Below, piece after piece: positions 26,690 through 40,351 of a stretch of 64,000 bases of DNA. Origin of the DNA: Octopus sinensis. Taxonomy: Eukaryota. The DNA is taken from positions 65,224,001 through 65,288,000 of the forward strand of contig NC_043004.1 of NCBI RefSeq assembly GCF_006345805.1. The letters are read 5' to 3'. The position numbers and the translations under genes were made by a program. Position 1 is the first letter of the stretch, and each line of letters starts with the position of its first letter. The notes beneath the pieces are model-generated. The model was not told the origin of the DNA. It saw nothing but the letters and a program-made list of their open reading frames with translations, and did not search any database.

Positions 26690-27010
26690 TGAGATTGCGT
26701 GGCTTAGTGGTTAGGGCATTCGGCTCATGATCGTAAGGTTGTGAGTTCGATTCCCGGCGACGCATTGTGTCCTTGAGCAAGACACTTTATTTCGCGTTGC
26801 TCCAGTTCACGCAGCTGGCAAAAATGTGTAATACCTCTATTTCAAAAAAAAGGGCCAACCTTGTCACGCTGAAACCCTTGCGAAATACGTTAAGAGTACA
26901 CATGCCTGTGGAATTCTCAGTCACTTGCACGTTAATTTCTCGAGCAAGCTGTTCCGTTGATCGTATCAGCTGGGACTCAAGTCGTAGTAACCGACGGACT
27001 GCTCCTATAA
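26690..27010 (+). mobile_element. SINE family C-related copy
   Basis: TGGCTTAGTGGTTAGGG A box, GAGTTCGATTCCC B box, TGTGTCCTTGAGCAAGACACTT core. Confidence 0.75.
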
Positions 27011-27450
27011 GTCCAAAGAGATAAACTTTTTTGCGATGCCAAATTCTGCTGCTAATGCCTTTCTCCTAGTATGCAGGAATATACACATTATTGATAGTTT
27101 TATACAATAGTTATTCAGCACCACCATACTAACTTTCCTAGCAAATGGATTGGCTCAGCACACTTCCATTGCGTATCCGAAAAGAAAACATCCTACGCGG
27201 TCTCACGATAAGCAATAAACAGAATTTATATTACTCATCACGTTCTACTGTCTTAAAATTAAATATCTAGAATTAGCAAAAGTAATTTTAGATATACAGA
27301 AATAAAAAAAAATATTGGCCAAGAATGAAATGTTTTAAACTATATTTCAATTCAAGCTGGTCTGATAAAGGGTTAAATACCAAGAATGATGACATCGAGA
27401 TTCACACATCTGGCTCACTTTAGATATTTCTGTAATCTCGCTATTGTCAT

Positions 27451-27615
27451 AGGCGCAGGCGTGGCTGTGTGTTAAGAAGCTTGCTTCCCAAATACATGGT
27501 TCCGGGTTCAGTCCTACTGTATGGCACCTTGGGCAAGTGTCTTCTACTATAGTCTCGGGCCGATCGAAGCCTTTTGAGTGAATTTGGTATACGGAAACTG
27601 AAAGAAGCCCATCAT
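27451..27615 (+). mobile_element. SINE family A 5' half, followed by (TA)n and a fold-back element; a family A 3' half follows at 28212-28360
   Basis: AGGCGCAGGCGTGGCTGTGTG...GGAAACTGAAAGAAGCCC. Confidence 0.8.
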
Positions 27616-27885
27616 GTATGTATATATATATATATATATATATATGAAAATAATAATGCAATACGAAAGTATTGGTTTCCAGTAAAATTATACATATGAA
27701 AGTAAATAAATGGTACAACAAGGCACCGATATTTACTGGAAAATAGCAATCGTAATAAATACGACGCTATTGTATAGCTTCACTGCGTATATACTAGCAA
27801 AGACGCATGTGTGCAACAAACATGAAAAAAAATTGTCTTACCTCTAGGAAGAACATCTGAAAAATGGAAAACCTAGAAACGGATA

Positions 27886-27956
27886 ATGCAGGACCGGTTT
27901 CAGACTCTTCAAATACGTTTGACAGCGTAGACTTGATTTGTCTTCATCAGCTGCAT
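27886..27956 (-). ncRNA. Type I hammerhead ribozyme, intact core
   Basis: Minus strand ATGCAG CTGATGA AGAC...GTCT GAAA CCGG TC CTGCAT. Confidence 0.85.
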
Positions 27957-28047
27957 ATACCTAGACAATATTTCAAATGTTGCCACATCTATGCCAGTAC
28001 ACTCGTCTGGCATAGATGTGGCAACATATGAAATTTTGTCCAGGCAT

Positions 28048-28117
28048 ATGCAGCTGATGACGACAAATCAAATCTACGTTGTCAAACTATTTGAAGAGTC
28101 TGAAACCGGTCCTGCAT
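28048..28117 (+). ncRNA. Type I hammerhead ribozyme (inverted-arm copy), first stem II pair mismatched
   Basis: ATGCAG CTGATGA CGAC...GTCT GAAA CCGG TC CTGCAT; predicted cut after 28111. Confidence 0.8.
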
Positions 28118-29098
28118 TATCCGATTCTAGGTTTTCCATTTTTCAGATGTTCTTCCTAGAGGTAAGACAATTTTTATTACATGTTTGTTGCACACACACG
28201 TCTTTGCTAGTCCCCCGTAAACTATCGGTTCGATAAAAGAGGTCGATAGAATAATTACTAAGCTTAAAATAAAATTAGCCCTGCGGTCGATTATTCGACT
28301 AAAACCATTGAACACGGTGCAACATCATGGCCGCAGTCAAATGACTGAAACAAATAAAAGACGAAATATTTTCTAGTCCTACTTATTACCATATTACTTC
28401 GAACAAGTTTTCCGTAATATCAGTTCTAGTTTACATCCGTGTTAGGTAGATGGTATATTTGCTTTAAAAATACGAAATTAAATGACAGTTCCGTAGATCA
28501 AATCAATTATTCACTTGCACTTGTATATGAGGACAAGGGGGACTACCTAGTAACCTTGCATGTAAGTCTCCAGTTTCTAAGCCACCAATCCGTAACCAAG
28601 GCAAAATACTACTGACTTGGGTCGGCTTATCTTGGCACGTGAACTATTGCAGATGATGCTGGTAGAACTAAAAAAGCCGGAACAGATATAACAAGGCACC
28701 TTGTCCGTTCGTCTAAATGTTCCGTTAACCCATCGTTCAACATTTTATATCATTATTAACCCAATAGAGTATAAAAGGCGAATTTGTCCTCCATGGATCT
28801 GGATCATAGGACACAGAGTCGGATCAAAAATCGCGAGGCTAGTATTCACCATTTAACAACTGCTAAATCGTCAACTTTTTCCTTTATTGTTTCGGAAGTA
28901 AAATAGGAATATTTTACCATTTCCTTTCACGTTAACCAAGGTTTTGAAAGGTTAACAGATTTTCTTTATACTAATGAAGGATGTTTGGTATTTTCAATGC
29001 TTACCTTTGATAATTCCTGATTGAATAGACTATATCAGACAATATACTCATAATGCATCACAGAGGTCATCCTCCTGAAAAGAAATACGACATGAAAA

Positions 29099-29500
29099 AG
29101 GCGGCGAGCTGGTAGAAACGTTAGCATGTCGGGCAAAATGCTTAGCGGTATTTCGTCTGCCTCTACGTTCTGAGTTCAAATTCCGCCGAGGTCGACTTTG
29201 CCTTTCATCCTTTCGGAGTCGATTAAATAAGTACCAGTTACGCACTGGGGTTAATCCGTTTGTCTGTCCTTGTTTGTCCTCTCTGTGTTTAGCCCCTTGT
29301 GGGTAGTAAAGAAATAGGTATTTCGTCTGCCGTTACGTTCTGAGTTCAAATTCTGCAGAGGACGACTTTGCCCTTCATCCTTTCGGGGTCGATAAATTAA
29401 GTACCAGTTACGCACTGGGGTCAATGTAATCGACTTAAAGCCTTTGTCTGTCTTTGTTTGTCCCCTCTATGTTTAGCCCCTTGTGGGCAATAAAGAAATA
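29099..29500 (+). mobile_element. SINE family B dimer with 16-nt TSD
   Basis: Second headless body starts at 29318; TSD AAGAAATACGACATGA (29080-29095) / AAGAAATACGATATGA (29500-29515). Confidence 0.85.
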
Positions 29501-30214
29501 AGAAATACGATATGATTATCGCTATATTTATTGTTATAGCAATTATAAGACCAAACTATCTATGTGTATCTTCGAACCTTATCAATTAATGGGCATAATG
29601 CGAAGGAAAAGTTTACTGCTATTTCTACCAGGTTGAATAAACACACACAAAAAAAATTCCCTTGTCCGACCCTAAAGGTACGCTGTTCATAATGTAGATA
29701 AAATTGTACAAGTTGTTCTTAGCTCTGCTCCACAGCGAACACACTTAGAATATTATTTCAAGATGGCGAAGCCAAAATTGCAATATACTATCTCTCCATG
29801 AAAAAGAAAAAAAATAATAAATTGCATTTAACCAATTTAGTATATATTGTTGGTTTAGTATATTAAATATAGGAATATATTAAGTGAGATGTAATTTAAT
29901 ATTTTATTAAGGGAGACAAGCTGATGCAGTGGAGTAAGACGGAAAACTGGTGAATAGTCTTGCCCAATTTTCCACGTCACTTTACCAAATATTGAAAGTG
30001 GATTTAATTGCTTGAAAGCTGAATCTACAACTGAGAAGAGCCAATTTAATTTTAAAATTATGGTGATTTACTAAATTTACGTTTTTTTTACGCCATTTAT
30101 TTTATGAAAATAGGTATTGATAAGCCTCATGAAAATTGCTTAAGTCTTATATACATATACATATACACATATATATATATATATATATATACATACATAT
30201 ACGTATATATATAT

Positions 30215-30273
<59 letters not shown>

Positions 30274-31038
30274 ATATATGCGTCTGTGTGCATGAATATA
30301 TATACGTATATGTATGTATGCATGTATATATATATATATATATATATACATACATATATGAATACACACCCACACACAAATTTAGCAAAGGCCTATCACT
30401 TGCCGTTTAATAGCTTCACTTATTGCAATGAACATTAGGTTCACTATCACTGTTACGAAAATTCTACACGAAAATTTTTGAACATTTTAGAAAAAATTAC
30501 ACTGTGCCAAAAATTAATAAGATTAGTTAGAAAACGGTTGGGCTCATAACTTAACATATCTTATTTCGCTGCAATTTTTGTGCTTGTGTGCCATTTGTTT
30601 CTTTTACGATAATATTCCAAAAGTTTTAAGTTATCGAACATGAAACTATATATACAGGTAAGGAATTTGATGGAAACCAGAATGATTTTGGACAAAGTTG
30701 GCCAGTTCTAGCTGCTTATGTTTCATCTTAGATACGCTGCATCTTAAGGTGTTGAAGAAGCAGTTTCCTTTGGGTATTCGAGGGAATGTTTTTTTGTCGT
30801 TGTGTGTTCAAATCCTATCGAGACAAACTTTGAATTTAAGATTTGGGGTTCAATAAAGTCGTATCAAGCCAAAGTGTTGGATTGCGAGCGCTGTCAGAGG
30901 GTCGGTATTTTTGATTCTGGTGTCAAAACTTGTGAAGACTTTGGTGTCAAATTGAATCGATCCTGATGAGATTGTTTTTCCTTTGGAGAAAATCGCTGGC
31001 GTCGAAACTTGCCTTCATGGTCAACTGCTAGTCTTACA

Positions 31039-31070
<32 letters not shown>

Positions 31071-31076
31071 TAATAA

Positions 31077-31117
<41 letters not shown>

Positions 31118-31664
31118 TGATGCATTACCAGACCGTGGCTCTCATGGCTTCTGATCTTAACTGATTGGAAGTGTTATCATGTACATTGTTTTGTCTGGTA
31201 TAAAAGATGGGCTACAGCAAATATTCTGCCCATACCACAAGATTTTGTGTCAGTTGTTTGACCTTAACCAGTTGGGCATGTCCCTTAGTGGCTGACGATA
31301 TGTGCATCTCTGATCACGAGCAGAAGTAGTGGGGGAGCATCATAGCCATGTGTTGAGAGGGATTCTTTGGGGTTTGGATAATTCACCTTTGGAAACATGG
31401 GTGGTTCGTTCAACATCCTTAAACAATCCTTATTCAGAGACCTTTTGAGCGGGATGGGTTACTCGACCAGAAAAAAAATTCTCATTGAGCCTCACCTGCA
31501 AGGTCATGCGCTGTTTATCTTGATATGAGATCACCAAGTCGCGCACATATTGCTCTGATGCATGGGCCTGGTGTACCCTTATCAGACGGGTAGTCATGAT
31601 GGGTATACTGGGCTTCGTATATTTTACCCCAGTGTCACTTTGATGGCATGCACTGCTCTCACTC
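31118..31664 (+). mobile_element. ~550-bp non-coding interspersed element embedded in (AAT)n
   Basis: Clearly homologous to the reverse complement of 37641-38190; (AAT)n on both sides; no long ORF and no Pol III boxes seen. Confidence 0.75.
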
Positions 31665-31708
31665 AATAATAATAATGATAAGGATTAATAATGATAATAA
31701 ATAATAAA

Positions 31709-31766
<58 letters not shown>

Positions 31767-31802
31767 GTAATAATAATAATAATCATAATAATGATAATAA
31801 TG

Positions 31803-31836
<34 letters not shown>

Positions 31837-31999
31837 TAATAACGTCCCCTAGATCTTGGCACGCATATGCAAACAGATGACCAACTGTGAGCGACATCGC
31901 TTTCGGTAACCTGCATCTGTATTCATCTTTGTTGTTATTTTAGTATTTGTCAGAACTGAAAACCCCGATTCACATATGTTGTAGTAAATGTAAAAAACG

Positions 32000-33150
32000 T
32001 TTTTCCTTTTGTACATTTCTAGATTTCTCTGGAAAATAATCAGCCAGAATACATTGATAAATTAAATGCTTTTGCTTAAATTATAATTGTCAACTGGTTC
32101 TGAAATTCAATATTGACAAAATCTTTATGCAAATAATTAATATCAGAACTAAACGGAATTTGTAGTCCATCCTAATTTTCAGTACCGTTTGTTATGATGT
32201 TGTGATTGAATTCTTTGCTCCTCTTTGATGGTTCAAGATAATATTCCGTACGTTACTGAAATTATTACCATAATCTCCTAAAAGTTGACTGATTAAGGGA
32301 AAAAATGAAAAGATGAAGTTTTACCTTGGTTCAATTTCCGTCAGTTTTAACAACGCATTATTTTCTCCCGTGCACCAATAAAATTTGATCCCGTCCTTAA
32401 AGTGAAATATTTAAGTTATCCCATAAAGACAATCAGAAAGATGATCTAACTGAAATATCCACTTGGAATTTGAAAATATTGCAGCTAATGAAAGAATTTT
32501 TCTCGGAGAAATAAAAAAAAAGCGAATTCTGTTTCACTTTGTAGTGACATAGCTCGTTACACAGAAGTTGTCTTTGTCGCAATATAATCATCTGATGTTT
32601 CGATAATATAGTAGACTTTCAGATTCAGACAGGATAGAATAATTTGTTACTGAGAGACATCCTCTTTATAAAGTTTATCCTATTCATTGATGATTGTTAC
32701 TCTAAAATTCAATATCAGTAGTAAAATAGTTGAATGAAGACTGAGGGAAGTTCAGGACTGGCTTCGTGTCAAATTGAAAGCTTCCACGAATATTCTGAAT
32801 CATTAATTCCAGTTTAATCTCAGTTTATTTGAAAAAGAGTCTCCCAGTTCCAACATATTCATGTTCCGTACTTTAAGTAGCAAATGGGTTTGGAGAATAA
32901 AATATCTTCTATGGATTCTTCACTGGGGTGTCACGCATAATTTTAGGTTGGACATCTTCACTCACATCAACCAACCCATCTAGTTGAATATTAAATACTT
33001 CGCTTAATTTTATTGCGGAAATCCATTTAAATTTCGAAAATCTCTCAGATTATCGCTGGTACAGCTATGGACCATTTAATTTGACAATGGAATTCCCTCA
33101 CTTTTTTAGCAACGTCATCTCTACGTTTAAATGCGGAACACGTTAATGTT
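32000..33150 (-). mobile_element. hAT (Buster/Charlie, ZBED5/SCAND3-like) transposase fossil
   Basis: Collinear frameshifted blocks GIPLSN*MV, FNIQLDGLVDVSEDVQ, EESIEDILFSKPI, FSEKNS and NLNISL*GRD match IPLSNNTV, FS.QLDESTDVS, EEDFLFCKPL, FL.EK and LN.SLQG. Confidence 0.7.
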
Positions 33151-33225
33151 TGCAGGTCTCCTTGCCAATTCTTTTAGATTCCCTTGATGTTTCTATTCAA
33201 AGTATATATCTATATATTATATATA

Positions 33226-33261
<36 letters not shown>

Positions 33262-33264
<3 letters not shown>

Positions 33265-33425
33265 CAAATCAGATAAATGAGCCATAAAATTAAAAATAAC
33301 AAACAACACGAGGATGTGCACAAGGAATTTATTACTTTGACATTCAGTAAAAAGGGACAGGTTTTGACATTTCCAGCATGGCTCTTCGTCGGAAAAGAAA
33401 ATGGGGAAGGACCAAATAAGGAAAA
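33262..33425 (-). mobile_element. PLE-like 3' end with decayed minimal HHR (33362-33396), abutting (TA)n
   Basis: Minus strand TTTT CCGACGA A GAGC CAT GCTG GAAA TGTC AAAA. Confidence 0.55.
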
Positions 33426-33435
33426 TATATATATG

Positions 33436-33466
<31 letters not shown>

Positions 33467-33617
33467 ATAAAACGCCATTTTGTTTTTGAATAAAAAATAT
33501 AGCACTGCAATTCGAACGAACCAGCTGTTTCAGTTTGGCAGATTGTTTCTTTGTTTCAACTGCCATTTTGCATGGAAAGGCATTTGTTAGTGTGGTACGC
33601 GACGAAAATAAAGTCAT

Positions 33618-34530
<913 letters not shown>

Positions 34531-35149
34531 AAAAGAATAGAATACAAGAATAGACGATTTCATTTGAAGATAATCTGCTAAAACGTGAAAGAAGAATGCG
34601 AATCTTGGGTTAAATCTCTCTAGAAAGAAGGACGAAGATGTTTACTGTTATTTCTAGTAGGTTAAGTCACCACTGAGAAACATCATCCATGTATCTTGGA
34701 CGTTATTTGTATATGAAGTTGGCAAATTAAATGCATGAAAGAAATATATTTAGAAACGAAAAGATAAATACATAATTCAATTTTTTTTAGTTGCTATGGT
34801 ATGTTCAATTTAAATGTTGGGAAATTTCCTAAGACATTAATGTTTCCAGTTTAGGGCAGCAGTAACACAAATCATCTTTAATGGGATGCTTAGTGTTTCA
34901 GGCAATATCTTTATTATACATTCCAATGGGATTTCATTGTTGGGGTAATAAATTAATATAAGGAAAATTACTCGAAGTCTTTTAAACAGAAGCACGGATG
35001 AGGTTAATATCTTGAGCATTTTTCCCTAAATACTGTTGGAGATTTCAACATTTGAGGCAATTTCTAAAACTTATAGCTGGAGAATATCTACAAGATAAAT
35101 TACAATTACGATTCCGAATAGCCGTGTTGCCCGAAATACTTAGGTATCT

Positions 35150-35336
35150 TGTTCGAAGATATCTTGTGACATGCTTGATCGCTAAATCCAAAAGTATTTT
35201 TTCTCTTATCCCTTTCTGGTGAAGAGCATAAGCTCGAAACGTAGAAGACTTTCTCACTTTACCGAGCGTCAAACTAATACACCTGCTTGTTCATACACCT
35301 GTCTTCGTCTCTTGTTTTTCTGTAAATTTCAACTGT
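35150..35336 (+). mobile_element. PLE-like 3' end (family F6) with minimal HHR variant at 35212-35247
   Basis: CTTT CTGGTGA A GAGC ATAA GCTC GAAA CGTA GAAG; downstream homologous to 45985-46121 and 51834-51970; ends in (TA)n. Confidence 0.65.
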
Positions 35337-35362
35337 ATATATATATATATATATGTATATAT

Positions 35363-35825
35363 ATACTAAGTAATTAAGGGTTCAGCAACGATTTGCCTCA
35401 CCACACACCGAATTTAGAAATAGCAGTCAAAAAGTCTTGGCTATTCTTTCTACTTTAAAGGGAGATCCCAGTAAAACCAAAGCACTCAAGAACAAACCAC
35501 GCAGGTAAAAGAGAAAGAAATGACGAAAATCATTCTATATAACTAAATATAGAATGATTTTCGTCATTTCTTACTCTTTTACCTGCGTGGTTTGTTTTTT
35601 TAAGTGCTTTGGTTTTACTGGGATCTCCATTTAAGTAGAAAGAATAGCCAAAACTTTTTTACTGCTATTTCTAAATTCGGTGTGTGGTGAGGCAAATCGT
35701 TGCTGAACCCTTAATTGCTTAGTATTACTTAAACATTCCTTGAATGGGTCTTTTACATGCCGAACTCTACTTTGTGAAATTAGTGATTATTTCTAAATTA
35801 ATTAATTTCACCCTTATTATTATTG

Positions 35826-35830
<5 letters not shown>
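35363..35830 (+). mobile_element. Fold-back PLE-like element (family F1), ~178-bp arms, 6-nt spacer, ~105-nt tail
   Basis: Arms 35363-35540 and 35547-35725; (TA)n on both sides; truncated downstream of the family HHR. Confidence 0.85.
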
Positions 35831-35871
<41 letters not shown>

Positions 35872-35922
35872 ATATATATATGTGTGTAATATATATATGT
35901 ATTATATATATATATATATGTT

Positions 35923-35955
<33 letters not shown>

Positions 35956-35969
35956 GTATATGCACATAT

Positions 35970-36365
35970 AGCGTGCGTGGTGGTGTGGTAAGAAGCTTGA
36001 TTCCCAACCACATAGTTCCGGGTTCAGCTCCACTGCGTGGCACCTTGGGCAAGTGTTTACTACTCTAACCTCAGGCTGACCAAAGCCTTGTGAGTGGATT
36101 TCGTAGACAGAAACTGAAAGAATCCAGTCGTATATATAGAAATGTATATATTTGTGTGCTTGTGTCTGTGCTTATCTCCCCACCATCACTTGACAACCAA
36201 TGTTGGTGTGTTTACGTCCCTGTAACTTAGCGGTTCAGCAAAAGGGGCCGATAGTATAAGTACTAGGCTTACAAAGAATAAATCCATGGGTCAATTTGTT
36301 CAACTAAAAGAGGTGCTCCAGCATGGCTGCTGTCAAATGACTGAAACAAGGAAATGATTAAATGA
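35970..36365 (+). mobile_element. SINE family A
   Basis: Head, core and tail all present. Confidence 0.85.
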
Positions 36366-36366
36366 G

Positions 36367-36418
<52 letters not shown>

Positions 36419-36431
36419 CGTGTATGTATAA

Positions 36432-36800
36432 ATACGAGCAAAACACCCCCCGACCAATAGACGGTGCTAAGTTGTCAAACATTTAAACAAAATTTTCTTA
36501 AAACAACTTGTCCGACCGTCTCATAGCCCCCCCCCCTTTGAGAAAAAACATTTAACCTAAATTTGAGACACCAGCTAAAGAAGAAATAAAGATAGACTTT
36601 CTTTCTATTCCAAAGAAAAACGATTTTATTCACTTTATCGATCGCATTCTCACCTGAAATCGGATTTTATAATTTTTTCAAGACTTATACACGCCATGAT
36701 ACCGTCAGTATCTACATATCAAATTTGAGCGCAATCGGACGGAGGATGCCCGAGATGCTAGAAGACACCACACAGAAAGACAGAACGGATTTTATATTAT
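36432..36800 (-). mobile_element. Possible non-autonomous Helitron-like element
   Basis: Minus-strand start ATAATATAAAATCCGTTCTGTCT resembles the 5' ends of the Helitrons at 55023 and 61791; 3' end CTCGT rather than CTAGT. Confidence 0.4.
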
Positions 36801-36864
36801 ATATATGTTAATATTATATTATATGTATATATGTATATAATATATATATATATATATATATAAT

Positions 36865-36915
<51 letters not shown>

Positions 36916-37267
36916 CACGTGATAACGTGACCGACCAGACCATCAGATGTTGCTACACATCGCTGGTCACAATGCGTTCGCATTGTTTTAGCCTTCGATT
37001 GATGCCAACCGCTGGCTAAGCGAGCAGGCCAATATTATATAATTATATATATATATATATATATATAGTATATAATACACATAAACATGCATATATACAC
37101 CGGCTTGGTGACGCAAACAAGAAAAAATTGAACTAAAAGTACGGTGATATGTTTTTTGTTAATAATATTTAGCCAGATTTATTATTATTCTTTTACCCAA
37201 CACTGCTGTCTTCTGGATCATCTTGAGCCTCGCCCCACAAATATGAGGTATTGCGCCTATAGTAGCC

Positions 37268-37354
<87 letters not shown>

Positions 37355-37391
37355 TATATTATTACTATTATTATTATCATTATTATTATCA

Positions 37392-37615
37392 AGGCCGCGA
37401 GCTGGCAGTGTCGTTAGCATGCTGGGCAAAATGCTTTACGGCATTTCATTCGTCTTTCCATTCTGAGTTCAAACTCCGCCTAGGTCAACTTTGCTTTCCA
37501 TCCTTTCGGGATCGATAAGCTAAGTATCAGTTACCCACTGAAGTCGATGTAATCGAGTCATCCACTCCCACAAAATTTCAGGCCTTGTGCCTATAGTAAA
37601 CAGGATTATTAATGT
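37392..37615 (+). mobile_element. SINE family B monomer in (ATT)n
   Basis: GGCCGCGAGCTGGCAG head, CTTTCCATCCTTTCGGG core, AAACAGGATTATT tail. Confidence 0.8.
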
Positions 37616-37640
37616 TATTATTATTATTATTATTATTATT

Positions 37641-38190
37641 GAGTGAGAGAGCAGTTCATGCCATCAAAGTGACACTGGGGTAAAATATACGAAGCCCAAT
37701 ATGCCCATCATGACTACCCGTCTGATATCGGGTCACCCAAGGCACATGCATCACAACCATATGTGCGCGACATGGTGATCTCATATCAGATAAACAGCAC
37801 ATGACCTTGCAGGTGGGGCCCAGTTAGAATTTACTTCAGGTTGAGTAGACCATCCTGCTCAAAAGGTCCTGAATAAGGGTTGTTTAAGGTTGTTGAAAGA
37901 ACTACCATGTTTCCAGAGGTGAATTATTCAAACCCCAAAGAATCCCTCTCAACACATGGCTATGATGCTCCCACTACTTCTGCTCGTGATCAGAGATGCA
38001 CATATCGTCAGCCACTAAGGGACATGCTCAACTGGTTAAGGTCAAACAACTGACAGCAAATCTGTGGTATTGAGCAGAATATTTGCTGTAGCCCATCTTT
38101 TTAACCAAGACAAAACAAAGTACATGATAAACATCCAATCAGTTAAGATCAGAAGCCATGAGAGCCACTGCCTGGTACTGCATCAGGGCA
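37641..38190 (-). mobile_element. Second copy of the ~550-bp (AAT)n-embedded element
   Basis: Homologous to 31118-31664; (ATT)n on both sides. Confidence 0.75.
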
Positions 38191-38197
38191 TTTATTA

Positions 38198-38237
<40 letters not shown>

Positions 38238-38254
38238 GTTGTGGTTGTTGTGTT

Positions 38255-38286
<32 letters not shown>

Positions 38287-39041
38287 GTTGTTGTGTTGTT
38301 GTTGTTGTTATTATTATTATTATTATTATTATGATTATTGTTATTGTTATTGTTGTTGCTTTTATTGCTGTTTTTGTTGCTGCTGCTGTTTTTGTTACAC
38401 TTAGTGTTACTAATGTTATAAACTTTCGTAAGTTTGGCATAAACCTGGGAATAAGGAAGGTTAATTGCTTTCACAGCTTCTTTTTTATTCAAGACAAAAA
38501 CTTATAAATCGGAGAGAAAGAGGGAGAGAGAGCGAGAGAGGGAGAGAGCTAGAAAGAGCTAGAAAGAGAGAGCGATATACAGAGAAAGAAAGTGAAACGA
38601 GAGTTAATACTTTTAACCAAATATTGATAGGAGAAAAAGAAACAGTTAGACATATGAATATTTTAACAGATCAGTACATAAATCATACAGTACACTCGAA
38701 TCCTGAACATAGTATAATAAATATGTCGTTAATATCAACGAAGTGTTATAGATTTCGTGAGGTTCCTATATATGAAGCAAGAGGCTAGCAACATTCAGTA
38801 TGCAAAATAATCAACATCATTACACATATCCTACGTTTTATATTTACAGCTCTTCAATTACAAACGCTAGAAACACTTACCAATATTTTATGACTTCCCT
38901 TCATATAAACGTACTAATAAATTGTCACTAATGATATATTGGGTTTTGCATATTCATCTGCATATATATATGCATTGATTCAAATCACAGACTCTGGGCT
39001 GTGTAATGTAATGTGTGTGCTTGCATATTATATACATATAT

Positions 39042-39080
<39 letters not shown>

Positions 39081-39158
39081 GGGAATTATATATATATTTA
39101 TACACACAGTCACGTACACACAAACATATATAATTATATATATACATATATATATATT

Positions 39159-39190
<32 letters not shown>

Positions 39191-39802
39191 ATTTAAAGGA
39201 CTGACCATTAAAAGTGGACGGTCAATATGCTAGATAAAGACGTCACAATCGCTATTTTCCACGAAGAATGTGTTCTCAAGAATGTTCTCTAACCGGTAAA
39301 TTGACTGCTGTAATTTATTAAATGCAGGGTAGATTTCCGATCTCAGCGCGCCAAATTGAAAGCATTTGAAAGATACACATAAATATAATTTGTTGAACTC
39401 TATGCATGCGGGACTCCGGTCAAGCGTTATGCATCTGGTCCTGGAAATTAGGTTTGTATACGACAGACTATGCTGATGAGCTTGCAGATGTTCGCGTATG
39501 CATATGCGTGGATATTAACAAGTGAAACTGATCGGTACATAGGTAATCGTTATTATTTCGTATGTTTTCATTTGTCTTGCTTATCTTTTACACTTTGGTT
39601 TGGTGCTGAGTTTTTTCTTGAGAACACACTCTGCGTGGAAAATAGCGATTTTGACGTCTATATCTAGCATATTGACCGTCCACTTTTAGTGGTTAGTCCT
39701 TTAAATGTTGTATGTAAAAATATTTTAATCTTCGGATTTTTTTAATATGCTAGGCCACTGGTTTTAATTGATTAATATCAATTTCTAACCTTATTCAATT
39801 TT
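39191..39802 (+). mobile_element. Fold-back PLE-like element (family F3): 92-bp inverted arms around a 332-nt spacer holding an HHR, ~96-nt tail
   Basis: Arms 39191-39282 and 39615-39706; (TA)n on both sides. Confidence 0.8.
39468..39542 (+). ncRNA. Type I hammerhead ribozyme, intact core
   Basis: CTATG CTGATGA GCTTG...CAAGT GAAA CTGATCGG TA CATAG; extended stem II; G10.1-U11.1 wobble; GUA triplet, predicted cut after 39537. Confidence 0.85.
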
Positions 39803-39902
39803 ATATATATATAATATATGTCTATATATATATTTATATATATTATATATACATACATATATATATATATTATATTTATATATATATATATATATATATA
39901 CA

Positions 39903-40325
39903 TACATGGTGGTGGTTGTCTACTCCTTATGAAGAGTTTGACCACCTCCTGTACCTACATCTTGGCACCATCATGGCCTCTGGTGTGGCTTCTGAAATCA
40001 GACAATATTCTAAAGAGACACTCACACAGATCACACCTTCGATTTGGGCCACCAAGAGCTGCAGGTAAGTTCTGCTCTTTGTGGATCTTAAAATATCTTT
40101 TGAGGTTTCCGTTGTATTTTCAAACCTACTGTCGTACACTGCATTCAAAGGTGTGCACAGACATTTAGGCAGAATAGTTGGTGGAGGTTCGTTTTCCATG
40201 CGTTCGCAGATGAGATTTGAGGCCAGCAAAAGACAGGGTTGGTCTGTCACAGACTGTTCTCACAAAAACGTCATTGTCATTCACCTTCTCGATCGTTATA
40301 TTCTTCCTTAGGTCTCTTTTGAGTC
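39903..40325 (-). mobile_element. RTE-type LINE 3' end with three degenerate C2H2-like motifs
   Basis: FVRTVCDRPTLSFAGLKSHLRTH; FECSVRQ...GNLKRYFKIH; CDLCECLFRILSDFRSHTRGH; terminus GGTCAAACTCTTCATAAGGAGTAGACAACCACCACC. Confidence 0.7.
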
Positions 40326-40351
40326 TTGTTTTAATAATAATAATAATAATA

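Larger units (their letters stand above)
27646..28211 (-). mobile_element. Fold-back PLE-like element (family F4): tail + 205-bp inverted arms + 9-nt spacer
   Basis: Arms 27793-27997 and 28007-28211 (~14 differences); unpaired segment 27646-27792 runs to (TA)n; HHR in each arm. Confidence 0.8.
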
